A DNA stretch of 41,147 nucleotides from Chitinophagales bacterium (lineage in GTDB: Bacteria > Bacteroidota > Bacteroidia > Chitinophagales > JADIYW01): contig JADLAJ010000074.1 of the NCBI GenBank assembly GCA_020848255.1, positions 1-41,147 of the forward strand, read 5' to 3'. Position 1 is the first letter of the stretch. The number at the start of each line of letters is the position of its first letter. Shown one piece after another: positions 19,279 to 28,828 of the stretch. The notes under the pieces were generated by a model. That model saw only the letters and a program-made list of their open reading frames with translations. It searched no databases and had not been told where the DNA came from. A program made the position numbers and the translations under genes.

Positions 19279-22200
19279 TTATCTTAATAAGGTCACATTT
19301 CCCTTGATATATATTTGTCCACCTTGTATACATTCACCCTTTAAATAGTAACCATACGCTTCAAATTGAGCAGGTTGTCCTTTGTAATTGCCATCCCAGC
19401 CATCAGTAACTGTATCAGTTTCAAATACTTTATGCCCCCAGCGGTCATATATTTCCAGATGCATTGTTTTCAGAATTGTGGTACGTATGTATAATTTATC
19501 ATTCACGCCGTCACCATTTGGTGTAAAAGCGTTTGGAATAAAAATATTCTCCTTAGTACAAGGCAGGAAATCACGCTCGATAAAAACAGAATCAATTGAA
19601 ATACATTGTGTATTCGGATTGGTGGCCGTTACCACAAACCAGGTAGGTGATGAGATAAAAGCTGTTGGATTTTGAATACTTACATTGCTGACTAAATCAG
19701 CTGGTGTCCAGTTGTATGATAAGGATTCTGTTGTTATAACATCTAATTGTATTTGTTGGTCTGGTAGCGCGGATGTTCTGTCAGAAACAGCATCGATTAC
19801 CGGCAACGGATTTACTGTTAAAGTCAGATTTACAGTACTGTCGCACCCTTCAGATGAAGTTAATCTGATAGCATAATTCCCTGCCTCGTTAAATGTCTGA
19901 TTACCTATAGTCACAGATTTCCCCTGACAAATTTCTGTTCTGATTGCAGAAGATTTTTTTGGTAAAACAGTTAATGATAAACTAACCAAACTGTCGCAAC
20001 CAGCTGAAGACGCCAATAAAATGGTATAGTTTCCTGAAGCCTTAAATACCTCTGTGTTAATGGTAACGCTATCACCTTCACAAATAATGCTGCTCACATT
20101 TTGTCTGGCAGTATCTAAAACCGTTAAGGATAAATTTACGGTACTGTCGCAGCCCGCTGTTGCTTTTAATCGAATAAGATAATCACCGGCCTCATTGAAA
20201 GACTGATTCCCCACAACATAATTTTGTCCTAAGCATATGGTTCTGCTGATATTCTCTATTAAAGTATCCCGTTCATTCAGATTCAGATTTACAATACTAT
20301 CACATCCACTAGAAGCCTGAAGCGTTACGGAATAATTTCCGGAAGTTGAAAAACTCTGATTTCCGATGGTAATAACTGTGCCTGTACATACAGTATAAGT
20401 CAATGTAGTGTTTTTGGTAGGGTTAACAGTAAGTGCAAGATTTACTATACTGTCGCATCTTTGCGCACTTTGTAAAGTAACGGAATAATTTCCTGAAGTG
20501 TAAAAAGTTTGACTGCCAACTGTCACAGAATCACCCTGGCAAATTGTTCTAGGTAAGTTGTTAGTTTTAATTGGATTTACGATTAGCGTGAGATTTACAA
20601 TACTATCACAGCTTTGTGCGCTTTGCAGGGTTACAGCATAATTTCCGGCAACTGAAAAAGTTTGATTTCCGATGGAAACCGATTGTCCCTGACATATGGT
20701 TCTGGTAATAGTGGTCGATTTTTTCGGATTTACTTTTAGTGTTAGATTAATGGTGGAATCACAACCTTTTGTGCTTTGAATTTTGATTGTAAAATTTCCC
20801 GAAGTTGAAAATGTTTGATTACCAACAGTAACTGATTGCCCCTCACAAATTGTTCTTGAAATATCAGCTGTTTTATTCGGATTGACAATCAGGTTTAAAT
20901 TGATAACAGAATCACAACCTGCATTGGAGCGCAGTGTATCAGAATAATTTCCTGTTTGAATATACGTGTGATTTCCTACGATTATACTTTGTCCCTGACA
21001 AATTTCTCTTGAAATATTATTTATAATTCTGTTAGTAACAGTAAGGTTTAATGTTACAATTGAATCGCAATTACCGGGTGTTTGAAAGGTTATATTAAAG
21101 GTGCCGCTGGTGGAGAAAGTTTGATTTCCAATGGTAACAGACTGCCCCTGGCAAATCGTTCTGTTAACTGTAGATGTTTTTCTTAATCCAACAGTTACCG
21201 TTAATGTGGTAGAATCCACAGGGTTACAGTTCTGTGGGTCTCTTAAAATAAATCGAACAGTGTAATTGCCGCCAACAGTATATGTATGTGATGGAAATTG
21301 AGTTGTTGATGTTATACCATCTCCAAAATCCCAAAAGTATTGTGTACCCGGCTGCGTAGCAGTGTAGGTGAAATTAACAGCTAATGGTGCGCATCCGCTG
21401 GGTGGATTTGCCGTTGCCGTAATTATCTGCAATCCGTTTAAGTCGAATCTGAATTTGAAACCAGCCATATTGCAATTGGAGGCATTGTTGTTGGGACCTG
21501 CAACACCAGAGGTAACAGGAAAAGAGTTCGATCCGCCACAGCTTGCACAAACCGCTTCGTATACAATTCCATTTTTATCAAATCTGCTGGTACCGCCGTC
21601 TACGTGGTCACCTACGCCGCCACTTTCACCAAAGTAAGTAGCGTATTTAAGTGTAGTGGCATTAGCACTTAAATTAATTAAATAAAAATCATTTCCATCC
21701 GTAATGCTTTTTAGTGCGTCATTAGTTACAGGCATATCAAAAGTATTTCCACTGTAATTAACATTATTACCACCCCATCCAACTGCATAAATATTACTGC
21801 ATACATCTACCAATAAAGCAGTTGGAGTGATATTTATGGTACTTGCGTTTACACTTCCAAAAACTGTAGAAAAAGAAGTAGTGTTTAAGGCATTGTTTAA
21901 TTTGTGAATAAACTGTGGAGCATTAGAATTTGAATACACACCTGATGTAACCGGATAAATACCTAAAGTTTGACCGAATACATAAATATTATCGCTGTTG
22001 TCTAAGTCAATAATGTACGCCTGATCGTAATCACCAGTTCCAAGATAGGTGGAAGCCAGAATACTGTTTCCGTTGTTGTCAAATTTTGCAATAAATCCGT
22101 CAGTGGTCCCACCTTTGTATGTAGTATTTAAACCATTTGCTCGGCCAGGTAAATTAGTACTGCCTGTTCCACCGCATATGAAAATATTATTATTCTTATC

Positions 22201-23670
22201 AAGCGCCATACTATATGATGCATCAGCCAGAGAGCCTCCAAAATAAGTTGCCCATGATAATGAAGAAAGATTAGAGTTGAATTTTGCCAGTAACCCATCA
22301 GAGGAACCGCCCCCAAAGCTGGCTTGTGCTTTTCCTGTTGTGTTTGGAATATTTGTAGAAGTTGTGGTGGAAGTAACATATATGTTTCCTGCATTATCCA
22401 GTGCAACATCACTTCTGGATTCATCCCCATAATTGAATGCAGTTGCATCATCTAAATTCGTACCGTCATTTCCGGAACCACCTAAAAAAGTAGAACCAAT
22501 TAAAGCAGAACCGGCAGCATTTAGTTTTGTAACTGCCAAATCGGAGCCATTGGGTAAATTAATATCATAGGCAATGAGAGGCGACCCTCCGTTAAACGTT
22601 CTGTCATAGGCATTTGCTGTTGTAGGAAAATCCGTAGAGCTGGTTGTCATAACAGCCACCAGTTCATTGGCAGGAGTACAGATTAAACTGGCTAATAATT
22701 CATTGGAACTACCACCTAAATAAGTAGAATATAATTTTGTTGTTCCATTGCTGCTGAATTTTGTAATGGCAATATCTGAAGGTTCGTTACCTGAACCACC
22801 GGCAAAACTTGTTTGAAAAGCACCGGTTGTAGCTGGATAGGAAGAGCCTAAGGCAATACCGCCCAAAAACATATTGCCTGCATTATCATGTGTAGCAGAA
22901 GAACCCCAGTTGTCTGAGAAACTTCCGGAATAAGTTGAAAACACTAAGGTTGGGTCAATTATTAAATCGGCATCTTTATTATATCCGTTGGGTAATTCAA
23001 AAGATAAATCAGAATTATTGAGTTTGTAATTACAAGCCACTTCTTTTTGTTCGCCATTAATAATTTGGTAAGCATAAGGCTTTAATTCATAAACGGTATT
23101 TATGGAAGTGGTAATTTTTAACTGTCCGTTTTCTTCTACTGCAATTGCATCCACACCATCATATCGAAATTTTAAATCCTGTACATTTCCGTTTTTGTGA
23201 ATGATGTAATCTGATTTCATCGTAGAGGCTTCACTGTATATTTTGAAATCAATATTTTGATAGATATTATTGTAATTAATGGTTTTGTAAATGCCAACTT
23301 TAGATTGCCATTTACGCTCGTTATTTCCGATAAAATAATTATTGTAATATGGTTGCTGGTCGCTTTCCGACACTTTCGAATCAATATTTGCATTCAGCCA
23401 TTTTATTTTATATGCATGACCTTTTACTACAGAGCTAATTTCTCCGGTTTTTTTTTCTTTTGCTGCATGAAGATGCGTGTTTTCAATAAATTTATAGGTT
23501 AATGCGTTTTTTTCCAGAAATACCCAGCCGCCATGTAAGTCAGCTTTGAATAATACAGGCGTTTCCCATTGTCCGTTATTTTTTACATAGTCAATTCTGC
23601 TGTCAATATTTGTTTTAGCAAAACAGAATATATTTAAAATGGTCAATAAAATTAAAAGCAACTTTTTCAT
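19279..23670 (-). CDS. Giant T9SS cargo/adhesin paralogue (1463 aa): SBBP repeats + PKD + 9 x 51-aa Cys-pair repeats + CHU_C (type-B) C-terminal domain
   Basis: Colinear with the 2152-aa protein over the N-terminal ~830 aa. Carries the same 51-aa repeat family. C-terminal IPNAFTPNGDGVNDKL...DRWGHKVFE...GWDGNYKGQPA. Confidence 0.9.
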   Translation of the reverse strand: MKKLLLILLTILNIFCFAKTNIDSRIDYVKNNGQWETPVLFKADLHGGWVFLEKNALTYKFIENTHLHAAKEKKTGEISSVVKGHAYKIKWLNANIDSKVSESDQQPYYNNYFIGNNERKWQSKVGIYKTINYNNIYQNIDFKIYSEASTMKSDYIIHKNGNVQDLKFRYDGVDAIAVEENGQLKITTSINTVYELKPYAYQIINGEQKEVACNYKLNNSDLSFELPNGYNKDADLIIDPTLVFSTYSGSFSDNWGSSATHDNAGNMFLGGIALGSSYPATTGAFQTSFAGGSGNEPSDIAITKFSSNGTTKLYSTYLGGSSNELLASLICTPANELVAVMTTSSTDFPTTANAYDRTFNGGSPLIAYDINLPNGSDLAVTKLNAAGSALIGSTFLGGSGNDGTNLDDATAFNYGDESRSDVALDNAGNIYVTSTTTSTNIPNTTGKAQASFGGGSSDGLLAKFNSNLSSLSWATYFGGSLADASYSMALDKNNNIFICGGTGSTNLPGRANGLNTTYKGGTTDGFIAKFDNNGNSILASTYLGTGDYDQAYIIDLDNSDNIYVFGQTLGIYPVTSGVYSNSNAPQFIHKLNNALNTTSFSTVFGSVNASTINITPTALLVDVCSNIYAVGWGGNNVNYSGNTFDMPVTNDALKSITDGNDFYLINLSANATTLKYATYFGESGGVGDHVDGGTSRFDKNGIVYEAVCASCGGSNSFPVTSGVAGPNNNASNCNMAGFKFRFDLNGLQIITATANPPSGCAPLAVNFTYTATQPGTQYFWDFGDGITSTTQFPSHTYTVGGNYTVRFILRDPQNCNPVDSTTLTVTVGLRKTSTVNRTICQGQSVTIGNQTFSTSGTFNITFQTPGNCDSIVTLNLTVTNRIINNISREICQGQSIIVGNHTYIQTGNYSDTLRSNAGCDSVINLNLIVNPNKTADISRTICEGQSVTVGNQTFSTSGNFTIKIQSTKGCDSTINLTLKVNPKKSTTITRTICQGQSVSIGNQTFSVAGNYAVTLQSAQSCDSIVNLTLIVNPIKTNNLPRTICQGDSVTVGSQTFYTSGNYSVTLQSAQRCDSIVNLALTVNPTKNTTLTYTVCTGTVITIGNQSFSTSGNYSVTLQASSGCDSIVNLNLNERDTLIENISRTICLGQNYVVGNQSFNEAGDYLIRLKATAGCDSTVNLSLTVLDTARQNVSSIICEGDSVTINTEVFKASGNYTILLASSAGCDSLVSLSLTVLPKKSSAIRTEICQGKSVTIGNQTFNEAGNYAIRLTSSEGCDSTVNLTLTVNPLPVIDAVSDRTSALPDQQIQLDVITTESLSYNWTPADLVSNVSIQNPTAFISSPTWFVVTATNPNTQCISIDSVFIERDFLPCTKENIFIPNAFTPNGDGVNDKLYIRTTILKTMHLEIYDRWGHKVFETDTVTDGWDGNYKGQPAQFEAYGYYLKGECIQGGQIYIKGNVTLLR
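19801..21177 (-). repeat. 9 tandem 153-nt (51-aa) coding repeats of the same family as 13159-16524
   Basis: Unit boundaries were counted from the translation. The first unit starts at TSTVNRTICQGQS and the last ends at LTLTVNPLP. Confidence 0.85.
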
Positions 23671-23837
23671 ACACAGCTATATTTTACAATGGTAATTGTT
23701 TGCAATTTTAGAATAATAAATTTCAGGGCTTATGAATCAGAAAATAGTCCTTACACCGACTTCATGTACGAAGATAATAGAATTAACAGTTTAAAAAAAG
23801 AGTTCTTAGACTAAAAATTAAGAAAGTAGCAGTTTTT

Positions 23838-26800
23838 TTACCTGAGTAAAGTTACATTTCCTTTCAGTGAAATCTTTTCACCCTGAAGGCATTCGCCGCT
23901 AAAGTAATATCCATATGCATCAAATGGTGCAGGCTGTCCTTTATATGAACCATTCCATCCATCTGTAATATTATCAGTTTCAAATACTTTATGTCCCCAT
24001 CGATCGTATACTTCCAGGTGCATTGATTTAAGAGTGGCAGTTCTCACTTTAAATGTATCGTTCACCCCATCTCCGTTTGGAGAAAATGCGTTAGGAATAT
24101 AAATGGAAGAAGGTATACACTCATATTGAATTACCTGAACCGTTACAGTATCCTGTGTACGGCATTGATTATTGTTAGTAACAACAACTGTATACAATGA
24201 GGTTTGTGCAGGCGAGGAGACAGGATTGTAAATGCTTATATTGGATACTAAATCTGCTGGTGTCCAGTTGTAGGAATAGCCTTGCCCTTGCGTAGCAGAA
24301 AGTTGTACCTGCTCTCCGCGATAGATGATTGGTTTGTCTACAGAGGCATCAATACTCGGCGGAATGTTAAGTGTAATTTGAAGGCTGTCGTTTACATCGC
24401 AGCCATATAAATTATCAATATGAAAATATACTGTTTGTGATGAAGATGGTGTAATTTCAACGGATGAAATATTGTTCGTTTCAATAGTATCATTATTTAG
24501 ATACCAGATAATGCCATACTGAGAAGCCGTTTGTACATTTAAATTTAATGTTGCTTTTTCACCTTCACAAACAGCTGCATTTTGACGGATATATTTTATT
24601 GACCGGTTTCCTAATTGTATACTATCCATAACCGAACAGAATTTATATTTCGCTCTGAAGTAATACCATTTTTCACCCTGAGGTTGTGTAATTTGCAAAG
24701 TTAGATTAGTTCCAATCAGATGAGATAAATCCCTGCTGTCAAACCATTCTGTTTCAGTAGAAAAATCAACAAAAGCATATGCAAAGACTGTATCCGAACA
24801 AAAATTATTAGGGGATGATAAACTAACAGATGGCAAACTATCGTTATAGAAAACAGTAATACTGTCCGTGATTTCACAATTTCCTGAAAAAGCTTTCAAA
24901 TAGTATGTTTTTTCAGCTGAAGTCTGAGGTATTTCAACATTTTGAGAGATAGCGAAAATATCAGTAAATGCAGCATTGTAAGACCATTTTACGGAATCAT
25001 AATTTGTAACAGTTGCATTAATTCTTACCGAATCGGCACATACAAAGAAAGAATCATTTAATGAGATTTGAGGAATGTTTGTCTGTGTTCTGACAAGAAT
25101 ACTATCTGTTACAGAACAAAAACCATAAGATGCTTTTACGTAATACTTTTGAACAGCATTTATTTGAGTGGTGTTTAATGTTGACAAATTAGAAAGTATC
25201 GGTATAAAATTAGGATTTGCAGACCATATAATATAATCTGCATTGCTGATGGTTGCATTTATAAGAATATTATTACTGCAAAAAAACAAACTGTCCGCTA
25301 ATGAAATAGCTGGTGCTGTGTTGTTGAAATTGACAACAATACTATCCGTAACAAAACAATCTCTGTAAAATGCTTTAATATAGTAGGTTTGTCTTGGTTG
25401 TTCCTGTGATACAAAAATAGTTTGTGATGTTCCGATAATTCCTGTAAAATCAGGAGAAGCAGACCAGATTAATGAAGTGAATTTTCTTACCGTTGCAGAT
25501 ATCTGTATAGTGCTTCCGCCGCAAATAACTATAGAGTCATTTAATGAAATTAGAGGCAAAGTGTCTTGAACAGTTACTCTTATACTATCCGTATTGTAAC
25601 AAGTTTTGTAGTTGGCCTTGATGTAATATTTTACAGTCTTTGGTACCTGTATTGTATTGTAAGTATAAGTGTTAGATAAAACAGGAACAAAGGATGGAGA
25701 CGTTGACCATACAATATTATCACTGTAATTAACTGAAACATTTAAAGCCACCTGGTTGGAGCATTGTAACAGATTATCAGCTAAAGTAATTTGTGGAACT
25801 GTATCATTGTAAACAGCAACAATACTGTCAATAGCTTCACAGCCCTGTGCCGTAATTTTGACATAATATTTTTGTGTCGCAACAGTTTGACGAATGCTGA
25901 TATTTGCAGTAGTTCCGATAACAGGAGAGAAAATGTTGGAGGTTGACCAGATAACGGTTTGCCCTGGCGACAAAGGCACGCTTAAGCGTATAGAATCATT
26001 GCATACTCTTAAGGTATCTGTTGCATTTATCTGAACCGTATTGATGGTTTTTACCTGCACGCTATCCTTTTGAACACAGGTGTCCCCGTTAGATAAGAGC
26101 GTTTTTATGGTAACATAATAAGTAATATTTGTATTGGTGCTGGTTGTAGGGTTTTGAATATTAGGATTATTTAATCCGGTTGAAGGAGACCATGAAAAAA
26201 TATTATTTCCACTAATTTCTAAAGATAGTTGCGCAGCTCCGGTGTTCGTGCATTTTGTTAGAATACGGTTTAAAGTATACGGTGCTTTTGGAAATAATTT
26301 TATTGTTTTGCTCAGTGTGGAAGTACACCCGTTGGAAGAGGTGACGGTAAGTGTTGTTGTAAATGCAGTATCTGTCCCGTTGTATAAAACTACAGGATTC
26401 TGCAGTATGGAAGAGTCACCATTAGAGAAATTCCATTTCCAAGCAATTACATTTAAAGAATCGGTGCTTCTGTCTGTAAATCTTATCTGGTCATTTCTGG
26501 ATAAGCAGCTTGCAACATCCGTAATAAAATCAGCCTGTATTTTTTTGTATTGAATTGAGATAAGCTGTGTGTACTGCGCCAGGCAGGTATTGGTAATACT
26601 GTTTAAACTGATGAGCGTGACGGTATATTTCCCGGTATCTGCATAGGTATGAGTTGGATTTGCTGCTACAGAAGAATCTCCATCGCCGAAATACCATTTA
26701 TAATCAGTGGCACCACTGCTCTGATTTTGAAAACTCACCGTAAAGTCATTACATTGAATACTGGGTGCAAAGAAACTGCTGACCACCTGTAAATTACAAT

Positions 26801-27686
26801 CTATAATATTAAATTGAAAATCACGTGTAGTATGTGTCAGTAATTCGCCATTTCTGTATTCATCCACACAAACGCCCACCACAAACTGTCCCGTAGTGTT
26901 TGGTGTCCCGGTGAGCAATCCTGTTACCGGATTAATTCTTAAAGGAACTCCTCCCAGCATATCATTTTCACTGTATGCCGAATCCCAAACGACATTCTCA
27001 AAAGGAGGAGTTTCCTCAATGTAATAATTCAAGGGGTCGTCTGGGAATGCACCGGAATAGGGCGTACATAAGCTATATACCAGTGAGTCGCCATCCGCAT
27101 CAATCGCACTATTATCATAGATTATTGGCTTGTTTACGCAAATATATACAGGCGGATAATTTACAAAATAAGGAGTTGTGTTGATAGTATTTTGACCGTT
27201 AAAATTGGATGGAGGAATATTTATAGTATAAGTTGCTCCCCAGTCCATAACCCCAAATCCTCTGGAATCATAGGTTAAGTTAAGGATGGTATTGTTTCTG
27301 CAGCATCGCTGATAATAGATGGTGTACCCCAAATCATTCGGTGGCAAAATAAGCGTATCCCTGTATCTCGTCCAGTTCACACAAACAGGAGTCTCAATTC
27401 TTGCGCAGGCATCAGGAAGTCCCGGATCTAAAATACTGTCAAAAGGTTTATTTGGGAAACTATATGTTTCGGAAACACCATCCCAGATTCTGATGATGGC
27501 AGGATCATCCAATGGTGGAACTCCATTTATACAATCCCTGTATACATACAATTCTATTTCATACTTGTCGTTTCCCAGGTATTTGTAATTCATCACACCG
27601 CCAACAATATGTGTAGCTTTTGCCGATGAAAAGCAAGCGCAAATAAAAAATATTATAATTAGTTTGATGTAAAAATTTTTAACCAT
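23838..27686 (-). CDS. T9SS cargo protein (1282 aa from the ATG at 27686, 1294 aa from the TTG at 27722): distinct N-terminal domain + 2 PKD + ~7 x 80-aa modules + CHU_C (type-B) C-terminal domain
   Basis: Signal peptide MVKNFYIKLIIIFFICACFSSAKA. PKD motifs YKWYFGDGDSS...HTYADTGKYTV and WKWNFSNGDSS. C-terminal IPNAFSPNGDGVNDTF...DRWGHKVFE...GWNGSYKGQPA. Confidence 0.88.
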   Translation of the reverse strand: MVKNFYIKLIIIFFICACFSSAKATHIVGGVMNYKYLGNDKYEIELYVYRDCINGVPPLDDPAIIRIWDGVSETYSFPNKPFDSILDPGLPDACARIETPVCVNWTRYRDTLILPPNDLGYTIYYQRCCRNNTILNLTYDSRGFGVMDWGATYTINIPPSNFNGQNTINTTPYFVNYPPVYICVNKPIIYDNSAIDADGDSLVYSLCTPYSGAFPDDPLNYYIEETPPFENVVWDSAYSENDMLGGVPLRINPVTGLLTGTPNTTGQFVVGVCVDEYRNGELLTHTTRDFQFNIIDCNLQVVSSFFAPSIQCNDFTVSFQNQSSGATDYKWYFGDGDSSVAANPTHTYADTGKYTVTLISLNSITNTCLAQYTQLISIQYKKIQADFITDVASCLSRNDQIRFTDRSTDSLNVIAWKWNFSNGDSSILQNPVVLYNGTDTAFTTTLTVTSSNGCTSTLSKTIKLFPKAPYTLNRILTKCTNTGAAQLSLEISGNNIFSWSPSTGLNNPNIQNPTTSTNTNITYYVTIKTLLSNGDTCVQKDSVQVKTINTVQINATDTLRVCNDSIRLSVPLSPGQTVIWSTSNIFSPVIGTTANISIRQTVATQKYYVKITAQGCEAIDSIVAVYNDTVPQITLADNLLQCSNQVALNVSVNYSDNIVWSTSPSFVPVLSNTYTYNTIQVPKTVKYYIKANYKTCYNTDSIRVTVQDTLPLISLNDSIVICGGSTIQISATVRKFTSLIWSASPDFTGIIGTSQTIFVSQEQPRQTYYIKAFYRDCFVTDSIVVNFNNTAPAISLADSLFFCSNNILINATISNADYIIWSANPNFIPILSNLSTLNTTQINAVQKYYVKASYGFCSVTDSILVRTQTNIPQISLNDSFFVCADSVRINATVTNYDSVKWSYNAAFTDIFAISQNVEIPQTSAEKTYYLKAFSGNCEITDSITVFYNDSLPSVSLSSPNNFCSDTVFAYAFVDFSTETEWFDSRDLSHLIGTNLTLQITQPQGEKWYYFRAKYKFCSVMDSIQLGNRSIKYIRQNAAVCEGEKATLNLNVQTASQYGIIWYLNNDTIETNNISSVEITPSSSQTVYFHIDNLYGCDVNDSLQITLNIPPSIDASVDKPIIYRGEQVQLSATQGQGYSYNWTPADLVSNISIYNPVSSPAQTSLYTVVVTNNNQCRTQDTVTVQVIQYECIPSSIYIPNAFSPNGDGVNDTFKVRTATLKSMHLEVYDRWGHKVFETDNITDGWNGSYKGQPAPFDAYGYYFSGECLQGEKISLKGNVTLLR
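24348..26027 (-). repeat. About seven divergent ~80-aa (~240-nt) tandem modules
   Basis: Each module has the form ..C....(I/L)...V......(I/V)WS.(S/N)..F..(I/L).......(I/V).Q.....YY(I/V)KA....C...DSI.V........(I/V)(S/T)L. The last two modules are degenerate. Confidence 0.7.
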
Positions 27687-27723
27687 TCTGAGGAATTGAC
27701 AAATTGAAATTAACGATTTCAAT

Positions 27724-27731
27724 CAAAAATA
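27724..27731 (-). promoter_or_regulatory. TAnnTTTG promoter-like motif upstream of the first adhesin gene of the locus
   Basis: The minus strand reads tatttttg, 37 nt upstream of the ATG at 27686. This is a motif match only. Confidence 0.3.
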
Positions 27732-27777
27732 GCTAACATTTCTCTGTAAAGTAGCATCTTTGTACTCAAATCAAGCT

Positions 27778-28719
27778 ATGTTCAAACGAATAAAACAAAA
27801 CAGCAAAGAATTTGGATTTGGAAATGATACCGTTGGTAAAAGTCAGCGTATTTTAAACAAAGATGGGTCTTACAATCTAAACAGAGTAGGATTATCTGTT
27901 TTTGACCGCTTCAGTTTTTTCCACTGGATGATTAATACTAAATGGTCTACATTTTTTTTACTGGTTATAGCAGGGTTTTTTCTGTCGAGTGCTTTGTTTG
28001 CATTTGTATACGATATATGTTTAGGAGCGGAACATTTTCATGGCATCGAATCCACTACATCTGCAGGGAATTACTGGGAACTTTTCTTTTTTAGTGCACA
28101 AACAAGCACAACCGTTGGTTATGGCCGTATAAACCCGGCCACCAATATTGCCAGTTTTATTGCCGTGTTGGATGCCCTTTCAGGGGTATTGTATTTTGCT
28201 ATCGTAACTGGTTTGTTATATGGGAGATTTTCAAAGCCGGTTCCTAAAATAATTTTTTCAGAAAAGGGTGTAATTGCTCCTTACAAAGACGGATCTGCCG
28301 TAATGTTCAGAATTGGAAATAAATTAAATCAACAATTGCAAAATGCTCAGGTAAGACTTATAGTTTCTTTAATTGCAGATATGGACGGTCAGCCGGTTCG
28401 CCAGTTTTATGAGCTGGATTTAGAACGAAAAGAAATCATATATTTTGCCTCTTCCTGGACTATCGTTCATGCAATTGATGATAAAAGTCCGTTTTTTCAA
28501 ATGTCACAGACTGATTTTGAAAACAGTGAACCGGAATTTGTTATGCAGTTAAAAGTATATGATAGTTCTTACAGTCAGGATACGTTTACAAATACTTCAT
28601 ACCGAAAAGAAGAAATCATCTGGAATGCAAAATTTGAAAAAATATTAGTAAGTACAGATAGCTTTAGTTATATTGATTTTACTAAGTTTAATGACATAAA
28701 TCATATATCAAATACTTGA
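27778..28719 (+). CDS. Prokaryotic inward-rectifier (KirBac-like) potassium channel
   Basis: The ATG at 27778 is preferred over the TTG at 27760. Two TM helices flank a pore helix and the selectivity filter TTVGYG. The C-terminal ~170 aa are a beta-rich cytoplasmic domain, as in Kir channels. Confidence 0.8.
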   Translation: MFKRIKQNSKEFGFGNDTVGKSQRILNKDGSYNLNRVGLSVFDRFSFFHWMINTKWSTFFLLVIAGFFLSSALFAFVYDICLGAEHFHGIESTTSAGNYWELFFFSAQTSTTVGYGRINPATNIASFIAVLDALSGVLYFAIVTGLLYGRFSKPVPKIIFSEKGVIAPYKDGSAVMFRIGNKLNQQLQNAQVRLIVSLIADMDGQPVRQFYELDLERKEIIYFASSWTIVHAIDDKSPFFQMSQTDFENSEPEFVMQLKVYDSSYSQDTFTNTSYRKEEIIWNAKFEKILVSTDSFSYIDFTKFNDINHISNT

Positions 28720-28770
28720 CATATGTCAAAAATAGGTGCTGTAAAATTTGATAAGCTGTAAAATAAGTCA

Positions 28771-28778
28771 TACCTTTG
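28771..28778 (+). promoter_or_regulatory. TAnnTTTG promoter-like motif upstream of the Cys-rich lipoprotein gene
   Basis: tacctttg lies 50 nt upstream of the ATG at 28829. This is a motif match only. Confidence 0.3.
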
Positions 28779-28828
28779 TTCCACTAAACTACGTAGAATT
28801 ATTATTTTTTTAATTTAAAACCAATTTT

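Noticed and set aside
13159-21177. Long regular tandem DNA repeats that might be mistaken for a CRISPR or satellite array
   Set aside because: The period is 153 nt with no repeat/spacer alternation. The repeats lie inside uninterrupted ORFs of 2152 and 1463 aa and encode a conserved 51-aa protein unit.
13154-27588. About a dozen 60-107-aa ORFs inside or antisense to the three adhesin genes (for example 15914..16192, 16774..17004, 21368..21637, 22128..22451, 26242..26553, 27319..27588)
   Set aside because: All are fully embedded in much longer ORFs that have clear domain content. Several merely mirror the coding repeats.
28716-28729. Perfect 14-nt palindrome ttgacatatgtcaa overlapping the Kir channel stop codon
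   Set aside because: It is an AT-rich stem without a following T-run, so it is unconvincing as a terminator, and I found no second copy to suggest an operator.
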